Positions 9,587-19,470 of a stretch of DNA of 64,000 nt are shown piece after piece. The DNA comes from Bordetella parapertussis (GTDB lineage Bacteria; Pseudomonadota; Gammaproteobacteria; Burkholderiales; SG8-39). Position 1 is the stretch's first letter; each line of letters starts with the position of its first letter. Where the stretch lies: assembly GCA_945862265.1 (NCBI GenBank), contig CAMAXP010000002.1, positions 96,204 through 160,203 of the forward strand, written 5' to 3'. The notes under the pieces are model-generated. The model made no database searches. It was not told the DNA's origin and saw only the letters and a list, made by a program, of their open reading frames with translations. The position numbers were made by a program, and so were the translations under genes.

Positions 9587-12559
9587 GTGTCGACTAACGG
9601 CGCGACTGCGGGCTGGGTCGGAAAGTCCCTGCCCCGCAAGGAAGACGCACCGCTCCTGACCGGCCGCGGCCGGTTCATGGACGACCTCGAGCCGGTGGCC
9701 GGGATGCGCCACGCGGCGATCCTGCGTTCGCCGCACCCGCATGCCCGCATCCGCGGCATCGACACCAGCGCCGCAGAGAAGCTTCCCGGCGTGATCGGCG
9801 TGGTCACCGGCGCGCAGATCGCGCAGGTGGCCGGCATCATCCCCAGCGTCGTGCGTTCCAAGATGCGCTTCCAGGTCTGCGCGACCACCAAGGCGCGCTA
9901 CAGCGGCGAGCCGGTGGCCGTGGTCGTGGCGGTCGACCGCTATGTCGCCGAAGACGCGCTGGAACTGATCGAAGTCGACTACGAGCCCCTGCCTGGCGTG
10001 GCGCATCTCGATGACGCGATTGCGCCCGGCGCGCCGCTGCTTTTTGAAGAGGCCGGCACCAACATCGCGCAGCAGCGCGAGTTCAAGTACGGCGACCCGG
10101 ACGGCGCCTTCGCGCGCGCCGACCGCACGTTCAAGTACGACTACCGCTTCCCTCGCTCGATCGCCACGCCGATGGAGACCTACGGCGTGATCGCGCAGTT
10201 CGAGCCGCACCCGGACCGCTACACGATCTGGTCGAATTTCCAGGGCCCGTTCGTGCTGCAGCCGTTGATGGCCGGTGCGCTCAACGTCGCCGGCAACCGC
10301 CTGCGCGTGATCACGCCGCCCAATTCCGGCGGCAGCTTCGGCATCAAGCAGGCGGTGTACTCGTACATGGTGCTGATTGCGGCCGTGTCGCGTCTCGTCG
10401 GCGTGCCGGTCAAGTGGACCGAGGACCGCCTCGAGCATCTTTCCGCGTCCTCCAGCGCCACCGACCGCACCGGCGACATCGAGGCGGCCTTCTCGAACGA
10501 CGGCGAGCTGCTCGGCCTGCGGTTCCGCAACGTGGTGAACCTCGGCGCCTACATCCGCGCGCCCGAGCCGGCTTCGGTCTACCGCATGCACGCGACGTCG
10601 AGCGGCGCGTACCGGGTGAAGAACCTGGCCATCGACAACACACTGGTGGTGACCAACCGGATGCCCGCGGGCCTCAATCGCGGCTATGGCGGGCCGCAGT
10701 TCTACTTCGCGCTCGAACGGATCATGGAGATCGCCGCGCGCGGCCTCGGCATCGACGTGGCCGAGATCCGGCGCCGGAACCTGGTGCGCAAGGACGAGTT
10801 CCCTTACGACTCCCCTGCGGGGTCCGTGCTCGACTCGGGCGACTACCAGGCCTGCCTCGACGAAGTGCTGCGCCTGGCGGACTACCCGGCGCTGCTGGCG
10901 CGGCGCGACGCGGCGAAGCAGGCGGGCAAGCTCTTCGGCATCGGCTTTGCGCTTGGCGTGGAGCCCTCGGGGTCGAACATGGCCTATGTGGGACTCGCGC
11001 AGACCGCGGAGCAGCGCGGCAAGTCAGAGGCCAAGTCCGGCGCGAATTCCGCGGTCACGATTTCCATCGACCCGAGCGGCGGGATCACGGTGCAGCTCGA
11101 CAGCACGCCCAACGGGCAGGGGCACTCCACCGTCGCGGCGCAGATCGTCGCCGACGAGCTCGGCGTGTCGCCGGAGGACGTGGATGTGCTGACCGAGGCC
11201 GACACGCGCAACATCGCTTGGACCATCGCCTCGGGCAACTATTCCAACCGCTTCGCTTCCGCGGTCACCAGTGCCGTGCAGGGCTGCGCGCGCAAGCTCG
11301 GCGACAAGCTGAAGCAGATGGCGGCCGAGGATTTCAATGTTGCTGCCGATGCGGTGGAGCTCGCGGGCGGCGCAGCGCGCCTGAAGGCGGACCCGCAACG
11401 CGCCATCGGCGTGGGGCGCCTCGCGTCGCGCGCGCACTGGAACCCGGCCGGCATGCCCGGCGGCATGAGCGCCGGCATGACCGAGACCTTCGTGCTCGAT
11501 GCCCCGACGCTGACCAGCCCCGGCGAAGACGACCGTGTTTCGTCGGCCATGACCTACGGGTTCGTCGCCGACCTCGCCGCCGTCGAGATCGACCGCGCCA
11601 CAGGCCGCATCGAGATCGTGAAATACGTTTCGGTGCACGACGTCGGCACCATGCTGAACCCCTTGATCGTCGAAGGCCAGATCAACGGCGGCTTTGCGCA
11701 CGGTCTCGGCGCCGCGCTTTACGAAGAACTGGTGCACGACCGCGCGGGCAACTTCGTCTCGGGCACCTTCGCCGAGTACCTGTGCCCGACTGCGCCGGAG
11801 ATGCCGCACGTCGACATCGGGCATGTCTCTACGCCCACGCCGGTGAACGCCACTGGTGCCAAGGGGATGGGCGACGGCAGTTCCATGCTGGCGCCGGCGG
11901 CGCTCGCCAATGCCGCGGCCGACGCGCTCGGCCGAGAGGACATCGAGTTGCCGCTGTCGCTCAACCGCCTGTGGGAACTCGCCAACGGCCAGGCAGCCAC
12001 CGTCAGCGGGACGTATGGCGGCGTGCGCAAGAAATCGGGCGGCGTCGACCTCGGCGGCTCGTTGCAGGGTGAGGGCGAGACGCTGTTGTCCGCGCCCCCC
12101 GCGGAAGTGTGGGCGCGCCTGCTCGACCCGGAAGTGCTGGCTGCCGTGATTCCCGGGTGCAAGAAGATGGAGCGCACCGGTGCCGACGCCTTTGAGGCCG
12201 AGGTCAGCATCGGCGTGGCGGGCATCCGCGGCGTCTACGCGGCGAAGATCAGGGTGGCCGAGCAGGACATGCCGCATTCGATGCGCATGGACTTCCGCGC
12301 CAACGGGCGCCTGGGCAACGGGCACGGCAGCGCGATCGTCGGCCTTGCGCCGGAGGGCACGGGCACGCGGCTCACGTACCGGTACGGCGCGGATGTGGGC
12401 GGCACGGTTGCGGCCGTCGGCGCGCGCATGCTCGGCTCGGTCACGGGCGTGATCATCGCGCAGTTCTTCAAGGCCTTCGAGCAGTACGGAAAAGAGGGCG
12501 GTAAGGCAGGTCTCTGGAGCCGCGTCAGCGGCTGGTTCGGCGGCGGAGGCAAGGCATGA
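9587..12559 (+). CDS. molybdopterin hydroxylase large subunit (CoxL/XdhA family) fused to a C-terminal CoxG/SRPBCC domain
   Basis: 990 aa. The first ~800 aa are xanthine dehydrogenase-family (NRGYGGPQ loop, not the CODH AYxCSFR loop). The last ~170 aa (LSAPPAEVWARLLDPEVLAAVIPGCKKME...) resemble CoxG. Confidence 0.8.
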   Translation: MSTNGATAGWVGKSLPRKEDAPLLTGRGRFMDDLEPVAGMRHAAILRSPHPHARIRGIDTSAAEKLPGVIGVVTGAQIAQVAGIIPSVVRSKMRFQVCATTKARYSGEPVAVVVAVDRYVAEDALELIEVDYEPLPGVAHLDDAIAPGAPLLFEEAGTNIAQQREFKYGDPDGAFARADRTFKYDYRFPRSIATPMETYGVIAQFEPHPDRYTIWSNFQGPFVLQPLMAGALNVAGNRLRVITPPNSGGSFGIKQAVYSYMVLIAAVSRLVGVPVKWTEDRLEHLSASSSATDRTGDIEAAFSNDGELLGLRFRNVVNLGAYIRAPEPASVYRMHATSSGAYRVKNLAIDNTLVVTNRMPAGLNRGYGGPQFYFALERIMEIAARGLGIDVAEIRRRNLVRKDEFPYDSPAGSVLDSGDYQACLDEVLRLADYPALLARRDAAKQAGKLFGIGFALGVEPSGSNMAYVGLAQTAEQRGKSEAKSGANSAVTISIDPSGGITVQLDSTPNGQGHSTVAAQIVADELGVSPEDVDVLTEADTRNIAWTIASGNYSNRFASAVTSAVQGCARKLGDKLKQMAAEDFNVAADAVELAGGAARLKADPQRAIGVGRLASRAHWNPAGMPGGMSAGMTETFVLDAPTLTSPGEDDRVSSAMTYGFVADLAAVEIDRATGRIEIVKYVSVHDVGTMLNPLIVEGQINGGFAHGLGAALYEELVHDRAGNFVSGTFAEYLCPTAPEMPHVDIGHVSTPTPVNATGAKGMGDGSSMLAPAALANAAADALGREDIELPLSLNRLWELANGQAATVSGTYGGVRKKSGGVDLGGSLQGEGETLLSAPPAEVWARLLDPEVLAAVIPGCKKMERTGADAFEAEVSIGVAGIRGVYAAKIRVAEQDMPHSMRMDFRANGRLGNGHGSAIVGLAPEGTGTRLTYRYGADVGGTVAAVGARMLGSVTGVIIAQFFKAFEQYGKEGGKAGLWSRVSGWFGGGGKA

Positions 12560-13431
12560 AGCCCGTCTCTTTCGAATACTGCCGTCCCAACACGATTGCC
12601 GAGGCGATTGCGCTGCTCGAGGAATTCGGGGCCGACGCCACCGTGCTGGCCGGCGGCATGTCGCTCGGCGCGATGCTGAACATGCGGCTCGTGCGTCCCA
12701 CGGCGGTGATCGACATCAAGCGCATTGCAGGCCTCGATGCGGTCACCCTTCCTGGAGAAGCGAATGGCGAAGTGCGTACCGGCGCCACGCTGCGCCAGGC
12801 CGTCGCGCTGGAGAATTCCGCGCTGATGAGCGCAGTGCCGCTGCTTGCGCGCGCGCTGCCCAATGTCGGTCACTACCAGACCCGCAACCGGGGCACGCTT
12901 GGCGGCTCGGTCGCGCACGCCGATCCCAGCTCGGAGATCCCGCTCGCCCTGGTCACGCTGGGCGGCGCGGTCGAATTGCAATCGAAGCGCGGCGTGCGGC
13001 GCGTGCCGGCCCGCGACTTCTTCCTCGACATCCTGACGACCACGCGCGCTTCGGACGAACTGCTCACGGCGTTGATCTGGCCCAAGGGCAAGGCCGGGGC
13101 GGGCTACGCGTTCGGCGAGATCGCCCAGCGGTATGGGGACTTCGCCATCGTCGCCTGCGCGGCCGAGGCGGTGCTGAAGGCCGACGGTTCGCTCGCGCAG
13201 TTCGCGCTCGGCCTCGGCGGCGTCGAAAGCCGGCCGATCGTGGTCGATACCAAGGCTTTCCTCGGCAAGCGAGCGGATGCCAGCCTCGCCGCCGACATCG
13301 CAAGGGCGGCCGCGGCCGCCGTCTCGCCGATGAGCGACTTCAAAGCCACGGCCGACTATCGCCGCGCGCTGATCCAGTCCCTCGGCGCCGACGTGCTCGC
13401 CGAGGCGTTCGCCAACGCCAGAGGCCACTGA
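12556..13431 (+). CDS. molybdopterin hydroxylase FAD-binding medium subunit (CoxM-like)
   Basis: 291 aa. FAD-binding PCMH-type domain (LAGGMSLGAMLNMR, NRGTLGGS). 4-nt overlap with the large subunit gene. Confidence 0.85.
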   Translation: MKPVSFEYCRPNTIAEAIALLEEFGADATVLAGGMSLGAMLNMRLVRPTAVIDIKRIAGLDAVTLPGEANGEVRTGATLRQAVALENSALMSAVPLLARALPNVGHYQTRNRGTLGGSVAHADPSSEIPLALVTLGGAVELQSKRGVRRVPARDFFLDILTTTRASDELLTALIWPKGKAGAGYAFGEIAQRYGDFAIVACAAEAVLKADGSLAQFALGLGGVESRPIVVDTKAFLGKRADASLAADIARAAAAAVSPMSDFKATADYRRALIQSLGADVLAEAFANARGH

Positions 13432-13432
13432 C

Positions 13433-13951
13433 ATGCTTCGACTCAAGCCCGGCACCCGCCACAGCGTGACGCTCACCGTCAACGGCAAGCCGTGCACCGG
13501 CACGGCCGAGCCGCGCATGCTGCTCACCGACTTCCTGCGCCATGAACTCAAGCTGCAGGGCACCCACGTCGGCTGCGAGCACGGCGTCTGCGGCGCCTGC
13601 ACCGTGATCATCGACGGCCGCGCGGTGCGCAGCTGCATGCAGATGGCGGTGGAATGCGACGGCGCCGACGTGCGCACGGTGGAGGGGCTCGCCACCGCAG
13701 GCGTGCTGAACGTCCTGCAGGCAGCCTTCAAGAAGCACCACGCATTGCAGTGCGGGTTCTGCACCGCGGGCATCCTGATGTCCGCGACGCAGTACCTCGC
13801 CGAAAATCCCGATCCGACCGAAGATGCCGTGAAGGAAATGCTCTCCGGCCATATCTGCCGCTGCACCGGGTACTACCCGATCGTGGCGGCCATCCTCGAT
13901 GCTGCCGGGCAGATTCGCGCGGCGAACCACATAACCCAGGAGAAACCATGA
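13433..13951 (+). CDS. molybdopterin hydroxylase (2Fe-2S) small subunit (CoxS-like)
   Basis: 172 aa. Two [2Fe-2S] cysteine clusters (GCEHGVCGACTV; CGFCTAG...CRCTGY). Confidence 0.9.
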   Translation: MLRLKPGTRHSVTLTVNGKPCTGTAEPRMLLTDFLRHELKLQGTHVGCEHGVCGACTVIIDGRAVRSCMQMAVECDGADVRTVEGLATAGVLNVLQAAFKKHHALQCGFCTAGILMSATQYLAENPDPTEDAVKEMLSGHICRCTGYYPIVAAILDAAGQIRAANHITQEKP

Positions 13952-14757
13952 CCAACTACGCCAAACAACGCGGGGACCTGATTGCCGAACTCGACGGCAT
14001 GCGCCTCGAGATCGATGCAGCCAAGAGGGTTGCCACCCTGATCCTCGACCGCCCGCCCCTCAACATCGTGTCCTACAAGGCGCGCTCGCAGATCTGCGCG
14101 CTGTTCGAGGAACTCGGCCGCGACCCGGACGTGGGCGTGATCGTGGTGCGCGGCGCCAACGGCGTGTACACCTCGGGCGGCGACGTGCGCGGCTTCTTCG
14201 ACGTGCCGCGCGACGGCATGTCGCACCTCGCGTGGAACATCGGCGCCCCTGAGCGCTGCCCCAAGCCGGTGATCGCGGCGCTCGAGAAGTATGCGTTCGG
14301 CGTGGGCTGGGAACTGGCGCTCGCCTGCGACTTCCGCCTCGCGACCAAAGAGACGCTGGTGGCGCTGCCGGAAATCACCATCGGCCAGATGCCCGGCTCG
14401 GGCGGCAGCCAGCGGGTGCTGCGCATGGTCGGCATGACCCGCGCCAAGGACATGGTGCTGATGGGCCGCCGCCTGCCCGCGCCGGAAGCCCACTCGTGGG
14501 GCCTGATCACCGAAGTCGCCGAGGACTCGGCCGCGCTCGACAAGCTGGTCGACAGCTATTGCACCAAGCTCAATGCGCTGTCGCCGCTGGCGCTGTCGTC
14601 CCTCAAGCGCGTGCTGAACCAGGGCGAGGATTGCAGCCTCGAAGCGAGCTTCGACCTCGAAGGCCATGCCTACGAGAAGCTGCGCGATTCGCACGACTAC
14701 AAGGAGGGCGCGAACGCGTTCTTCGAGAAGAGGAAGCCCAAGTACAACGGCACCTGA
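13948..14757 (+). CDS. enoyl-CoA hydratase/isomerase (crotonase) family protein
   Basis: In-frame ATG at 13948 overlaps the CoxS stop. Crotonase-fold motifs (GANGVYTSGGD, GVGWELALACD). Confidence 0.8.
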   Translation: MTNYAKQRGDLIAELDGMRLEIDAAKRVATLILDRPPLNIVSYKARSQICALFEELGRDPDVGVIVVRGANGVYTSGGDVRGFFDVPRDGMSHLAWNIGAPERCPKPVIAALEKYAFGVGWELALACDFRLATKETLVALPEITIGQMPGSGGSQRVLRMVGMTRAKDMVLMGRRLPAPEAHSWGLITEVAEDSAALDKLVDSYCTKLNALSPLALSSLKRVLNQGEDCSLEASFDLEGHAYEKLRDSHDYKEGANAFFEKRKPKYNGT

Positions 14758-14828
14758 CCACCACGACCCACCCCCAAGACCGTACCGGAGCGGCCCCCAA
14801 GTGCCGCACCACCTACCAGGAGACACAC

Positions 14829-15998
14829 ATGAAAAGACTGACCATCATCGCGGCCGTGGCCGCAGCCTTCGCCGCCACCGGCGCATTCGCACAGTCGGGC
14901 CCGATCAAGATCGGCGTCGTCACGCCGCTGACCGGCACCTACGCGGGCATCGGCCAGCAGGTGAAGTGGGGCATCGACTTGGCGATCAAGGAGATCAACG
15001 ACAAGGGCGGCATCCTCGGGCGCAAGATCGAGGCGATCTACGAGGACGAGGAGGCCAACCCCAACGTCGCGGTGCAGAAAGCCGAGAAGCTCTTCCAGGT
15101 GTCGAAGGTCGATTTCCTGACCGGCACGGTGAACTCCGGCTCGACGCTGGCCGTCGGCCAGGTCGCTGAGCGCAACGCACGCCTTGCCGCCACGACCGTG
15201 TCGTTCTCCGACGCGATCACCGGCGACAAGTGCTCGCCCAACATGTTCCGCGTCAACGCCAAGGCCGGCATGCAGTCCGCGGCGCTGGCCGAGTGGATGG
15301 TGAAGGAAAAGCCCAACGCCTCGGTGTATTACCTCGGGCCGGACTACGAGATGGGCCGCAGCACCGTTGCGGCGTTCAAGTCGGCGGCGGAAGCCAAGGG
15401 CGCCAAGTCGGTCGGCGAGGTGTACGCCCCCCTCGATAACAAGGACTACTCGCCGTTCTTCGGCCAGATGCGCGCAGCCAAGGCGCAGGTGCTCTACACC
15501 TCGGTGGCCGGCAACGACACGGTGCGCTTCCTCAGCCAGCTGTCGGAGTTCGGCCTCGCCAAGCAGATGCAGATCGTCGGCGCGGCCGGCACGGTCACCG
15601 CGCAGAACATGACCGCGATCGGCAAGGCGGCCGAAGGCTACGTGACGGGCGCCGCGTATTCGGGCGAAATCGACACGCCGGCCAACAAGAAATTCGTCGC
15701 CGACTTCAAGGCCGCGTGGAAGATGGACCCCGACCTCTACGGCGTGGACTCGTACGGCGTGATGTATTTCTACAAGGCCGCCGTCGAGAAGGCCGGCACG
15801 ACCGACACCGACAAGCTGCGCACCGCGATGCGTGGGCTGGAATGGCAGACCCCGCAGGGCAAGAAGACCATGCGCGCGGGCGACCACCAGGCGATCCAGG
15901 ACATGTACGCGGTGAAGGTCGTGAACGGTAAGTTCCAGATAATCTCGAAAGTTCCTGGTGAAGCTGCGGTGGGTGCGGACACCTGCACGAAGTTCTGA
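14829..15998 (+). CDS. ABC transporter substrate-binding protein (branched-chain amino acid / LivK family)
   Basis: ATG at 14829. Sec signal MKRLTIIAAVAAAFAATGAFAQ followed by PIKIGVVTPLTGTYAG, typical of type I periplasmic binding proteins. Confidence 0.85.
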   Translation: MKRLTIIAAVAAAFAATGAFAQSGPIKIGVVTPLTGTYAGIGQQVKWGIDLAIKEINDKGGILGRKIEAIYEDEEANPNVAVQKAEKLFQVSKVDFLTGTVNSGSTLAVGQVAERNARLAATTVSFSDAITGDKCSPNMFRVNAKAGMQSAALAEWMVKEKPNASVYYLGPDYEMGRSTVAAFKSAAEAKGAKSVGEVYAPLDNKDYSPFFGQMRAAKAQVLYTSVAGNDTVRFLSQLSEFGLAKQMQIVGAAGTVTAQNMTAIGKAAEGYVTGAAYSGEIDTPANKKFVADFKAAWKMDPDLYGVDSYGVMYFYKAAVEKAGTTDTDKLRTAMRGLEWQTPQGKKTMRAGDHQAIQDMYAVKVVNGKFQIISKVPGEAAVGADTCTKF

Positions 15999-16073
15999 AG
16001 CTGAAAGCGTAGTTTTGACGCGGGGGAAGGGGAGAGCCCCTTCCCCCGCACCCCCAGCCCCCTCGCGACGTCT

Positions 16074-16967
16074 ATGACAGAGTTGATCGAAACGCTGCAG
16101 TTCGTCTACGCCCCGCAGGTCGTCAACGGCCTTGCGATCGGCGTGGCGGTGATCCTGATGGCCCTCGGCCTCACGATCATCTTCGGGCTGCTCGACGTCA
16201 TCAACATGGCGCACGGCGAGTTCTACGCGCTCGGCGCCTACCTCGGCATCACCCTTGTCGCCAAGGGCGTCAGCTTCTGGGTGTGCCTCGCGCTGGTCCC
16301 TGTGGTGATGGCGGGCATCGGCTACTTCACCGAACGCATGCTGATCCAGCGCGTGTTCCATACCAAGGACCGGCACATCCTCACGCTGCTCCTCACCTTC
16401 GGCCTTGCGATCATCGCCGAGGACGTATTCAGGCTCGGCTACGGGCCGAACCCCTACAAGCCGGAGTCGCCGATCCCGGGCGCGAGCGAGCTCTTCGGCG
16501 TGATCCTGCCCAACTACCGCCTGTTCCTGATCGCCGCGGGCACCGCGATCATCGTCGCGGTATGGGTCGTCGTTTACCGCACGAGCCTCGGCGCCATGGT
16601 GCGCGCGGCCGCGTTCGACCGTGACATGGCGTCTTCGCTGGGCGTGCCGGTGGAAAGGGTCTACGCCGGCACCTTCGCGTTCGGCGTGGCGCTGGCGGGC
16701 CTCTCCGGCGTGCTGCTCGCACCGATCTATTCCGCCTTCCCCACCATGGGCAAGGACTTCATCCTGATGGCGTTCTCGGTGGTGATCGTCGGCGGCATGG
16801 GCTCGATCAAGGGCGCGGTGATCGCCGGCCTCGTGCTCACCCAGATCCAGTCGATCTCGAGCCTTTACATCTCGCCGGTCTGGGGCGAGCCGCTGGTATT
16901 CGGGATCATGGTGCTGTTCCTGATGGTGAGGCCGCAGGGCCTTGCGGGAAGGCTGGGTCATGGCTGA
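16074..16967 (+). CDS. ABC transporter permease (LivH family)
   Basis: 297 aa polytopic protein with N-terminal LivH-like GLTIIFGLLDVINMAHGEF. Confidence 0.85.
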   Translation: MTELIETLQFVYAPQVVNGLAIGVAVILMALGLTIIFGLLDVINMAHGEFYALGAYLGITLVAKGVSFWVCLALVPVVMAGIGYFTERMLIQRVFHTKDRHILTLLLTFGLAIIAEDVFRLGYGPNPYKPESPIPGASELFGVILPNYRLFLIAAGTAIIVAVWVVVYRTSLGAMVRAAAFDRDMASSLGVPVERVYAGTFAFGVALAGLSGVLLAPIYSAFPTMGKDFILMAFSVVIVGGMGSIKGAVIAGLVLTQIQSISSLYISPVWGEPLVFGIMVLFLMVRPQGLAGRLGHG

Positions 16968-17985
16968 ACCAGTCTCATTGCGCACCGCCGTGGAGGCCAC
17001 CGAGAGCATCGCGCTCGGTGGACGCAACCTGCTGGCGGGAGTGTTCGTTGCGATCGCGCTGGTCTTTGCCGCCGTGGCCGGCGTCACCGGCGACACGTTC
17101 TTCTTCCGTCTTGCCACCGAGGCGCTGATCTTCGCGGGCCTCGCGTTGTCGGTCGACCTGCTGCTCGGCTACACCGGGCTGTTGTCGCTGGGGCAGGCGT
17201 TGTTCTTCGGGTTCGGCGCGTATGTGTCCGGGCTCGTCCTCAAGCACGTCGCGCCGTCCTTCTGGGCGGCGATCGGCATCACGCTCGCCGCGTCGCTGGT
17301 CGTCGGCCTGATCGCGGGCATCATCTCGATCCGCGCGAAGGGCGTGTATTTCGCACTGATCACCTTCGGCCTCGCGCAGGTCGCTTTCAAGGTCGTGTTC
17401 AACACGCGCGAGATCGGCGGCTCGGACGGCATCATCGGCATCCCGCAGATCCGCGCCGAATTCGGGTTGTTCTCGGTGGACACGCAATCGCCCGCCGGGT
17501 TCTTCCTGCTGACGCTGGCCTTCATGATGCTGCTGTATGCCGGCTGCGCCTACCTCGTGCAGACGCCCGCCGGCCGGATGCTGGTGGCGATCCGCACGAA
17601 CGAGTCGCGGGTGCCTTTCCTCGGCTACTCGCCGTGGCGCGCGAAGCTTTTCGCGTTCGTGGCGGCGGCCGTAGTGGCATCGCTTTCCGGCAGCCTCTAC
17701 CCGATGCTGCGCGGCCTGGTGTCGCCCGAGCTGCTTGCATTCCAGATCTCGGGCAACGCCGTGATCATGGTGGTGATCGGGGGCGTGGGCACGCTGGCCG
17801 GGGCCTTCTACGGCTCGGCGATCCTCACGATGCTGAAATCGGTCATCGGCACCTTCACCGAGCACCACCTGATCATCATCGGCGGCCTGTTCATGCTGTC
17901 GGTGATCTTCTTCCCCAAGGGGCTCGCAGGCTATGCGCTGCCGCGCCTCGAGCGCTGGGTCGCGCGGCGCAGGGGGCGGGCATGA
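16960..17985 (+). CDS. ABC transporter permease (LivM family)
   Basis: ATG at 16960 overlaps the LivH stop (alternative TTG at 16942). Polytopic, with LivM-like GYTGLLSLGQALFFGFGAY. Confidence 0.8.
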   Translation: MAEPVSLRTAVEATESIALGGRNLLAGVFVAIALVFAAVAGVTGDTFFFRLATEALIFAGLALSVDLLLGYTGLLSLGQALFFGFGAYVSGLVLKHVAPSFWAAIGITLAASLVVGLIAGIISIRAKGVYFALITFGLAQVAFKVVFNTREIGGSDGIIGIPQIRAEFGLFSVDTQSPAGFFLLTLAFMMLLYAGCAYLVQTPAGRMLVAIRTNESRVPFLGYSPWRAKLFAFVAAAVVASLSGSLYPMLRGLVSPELLAFQISGNAVIMVVIGGVGTLAGAFYGSAILTMLKSVIGTFTEHHLIIIGGLFMLSVIFFPKGLAGYALPRLERWVARRRGRA

Positions 17986-18733
17986 GCTGCGCAACGCCCA
18001 TCCTCGAGGTCGCAGGCCTGTCGATCAGCTTCGGCGCGCTGCGCGCCGTGAGCGACCTGTCCTTCTCGGCCGCCCGCGGCGGCATCACCTCGGTGATCGG
18101 CCCGAACGGCGCGGGCAAGAGCACGCTGTTCAACCTCGTGTCCGGCGCGCTGCGGCCGCAGCAGGGGCGGGTGTCCTTTGCGGGCGCCGATGTCACTGGC
18201 TGGAGCACGCACAAGCTGTTGCGCGCGGGGCTCTCGCGCTCCTTCCAGATCACCAACCTGTTCTTCGACCTCAGCGTGTTCGAGAACCTGAGGCTCGCCT
18301 CGCAGGTGCTGGAGCCCGTGGGCCGCGCGCTGTTGCCGGTGGGGCGCAGCACCGCCGCACGCGATCGAGCGGAGGAACTACTCGCGCAGTTCGGCCTGTC
18401 GGACAAGGCCACCGAGCTCGCCGGGCACTTGTCGCACGGGGAGCAGCGCCGGCTGGAAATCGCCGTGTCGCTCGCCTGCCGCCCGAAGATGCTGCTGCTC
18501 GACGAACCGACGCAGGGCATGTCGCACGGCGACACGCAGTCCACCGCCGCGATGATCAAGGCGCTGGCCGGCGACCTCACGATCCTGCTGATCGAGCACG
18601 ACATCGACGTGGTGATGAACCTCTCGGATCACGTGGTCGTCATGCACCAGGGGGCCAAGCTCGCCGAGGGCACGCCCGCTGAAGTGCGCGGCAACGCCGC
18701 CGTGCAAAAAGCTTACTTTGGCGAGTCCCTCTG

Positions 18734-18734
<1 letters not shown>
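17982..18734 (+). CDS. ABC transporter ATP-binding protein (LivG family)
   Basis: ATG at 17982 (ATGA overlap). Walker A GPNGAGKST, signature LSHGEQRRLEI, Walker B LLLLDEP. Confidence 0.9.
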
Positions 18735-19441
<707 letters not shown>

Positions 19442-19470
19442 CAAGGCACTGACCATGGAAGGGACAAAGC

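Noticed and set aside
14697-17117. 806-aa minus-strand ORF
   Set aside because: Antisense to the substrate-binding protein and LivH/LivM permease genes. Low-complexity R/G/H/D composition with no recognisable domain.
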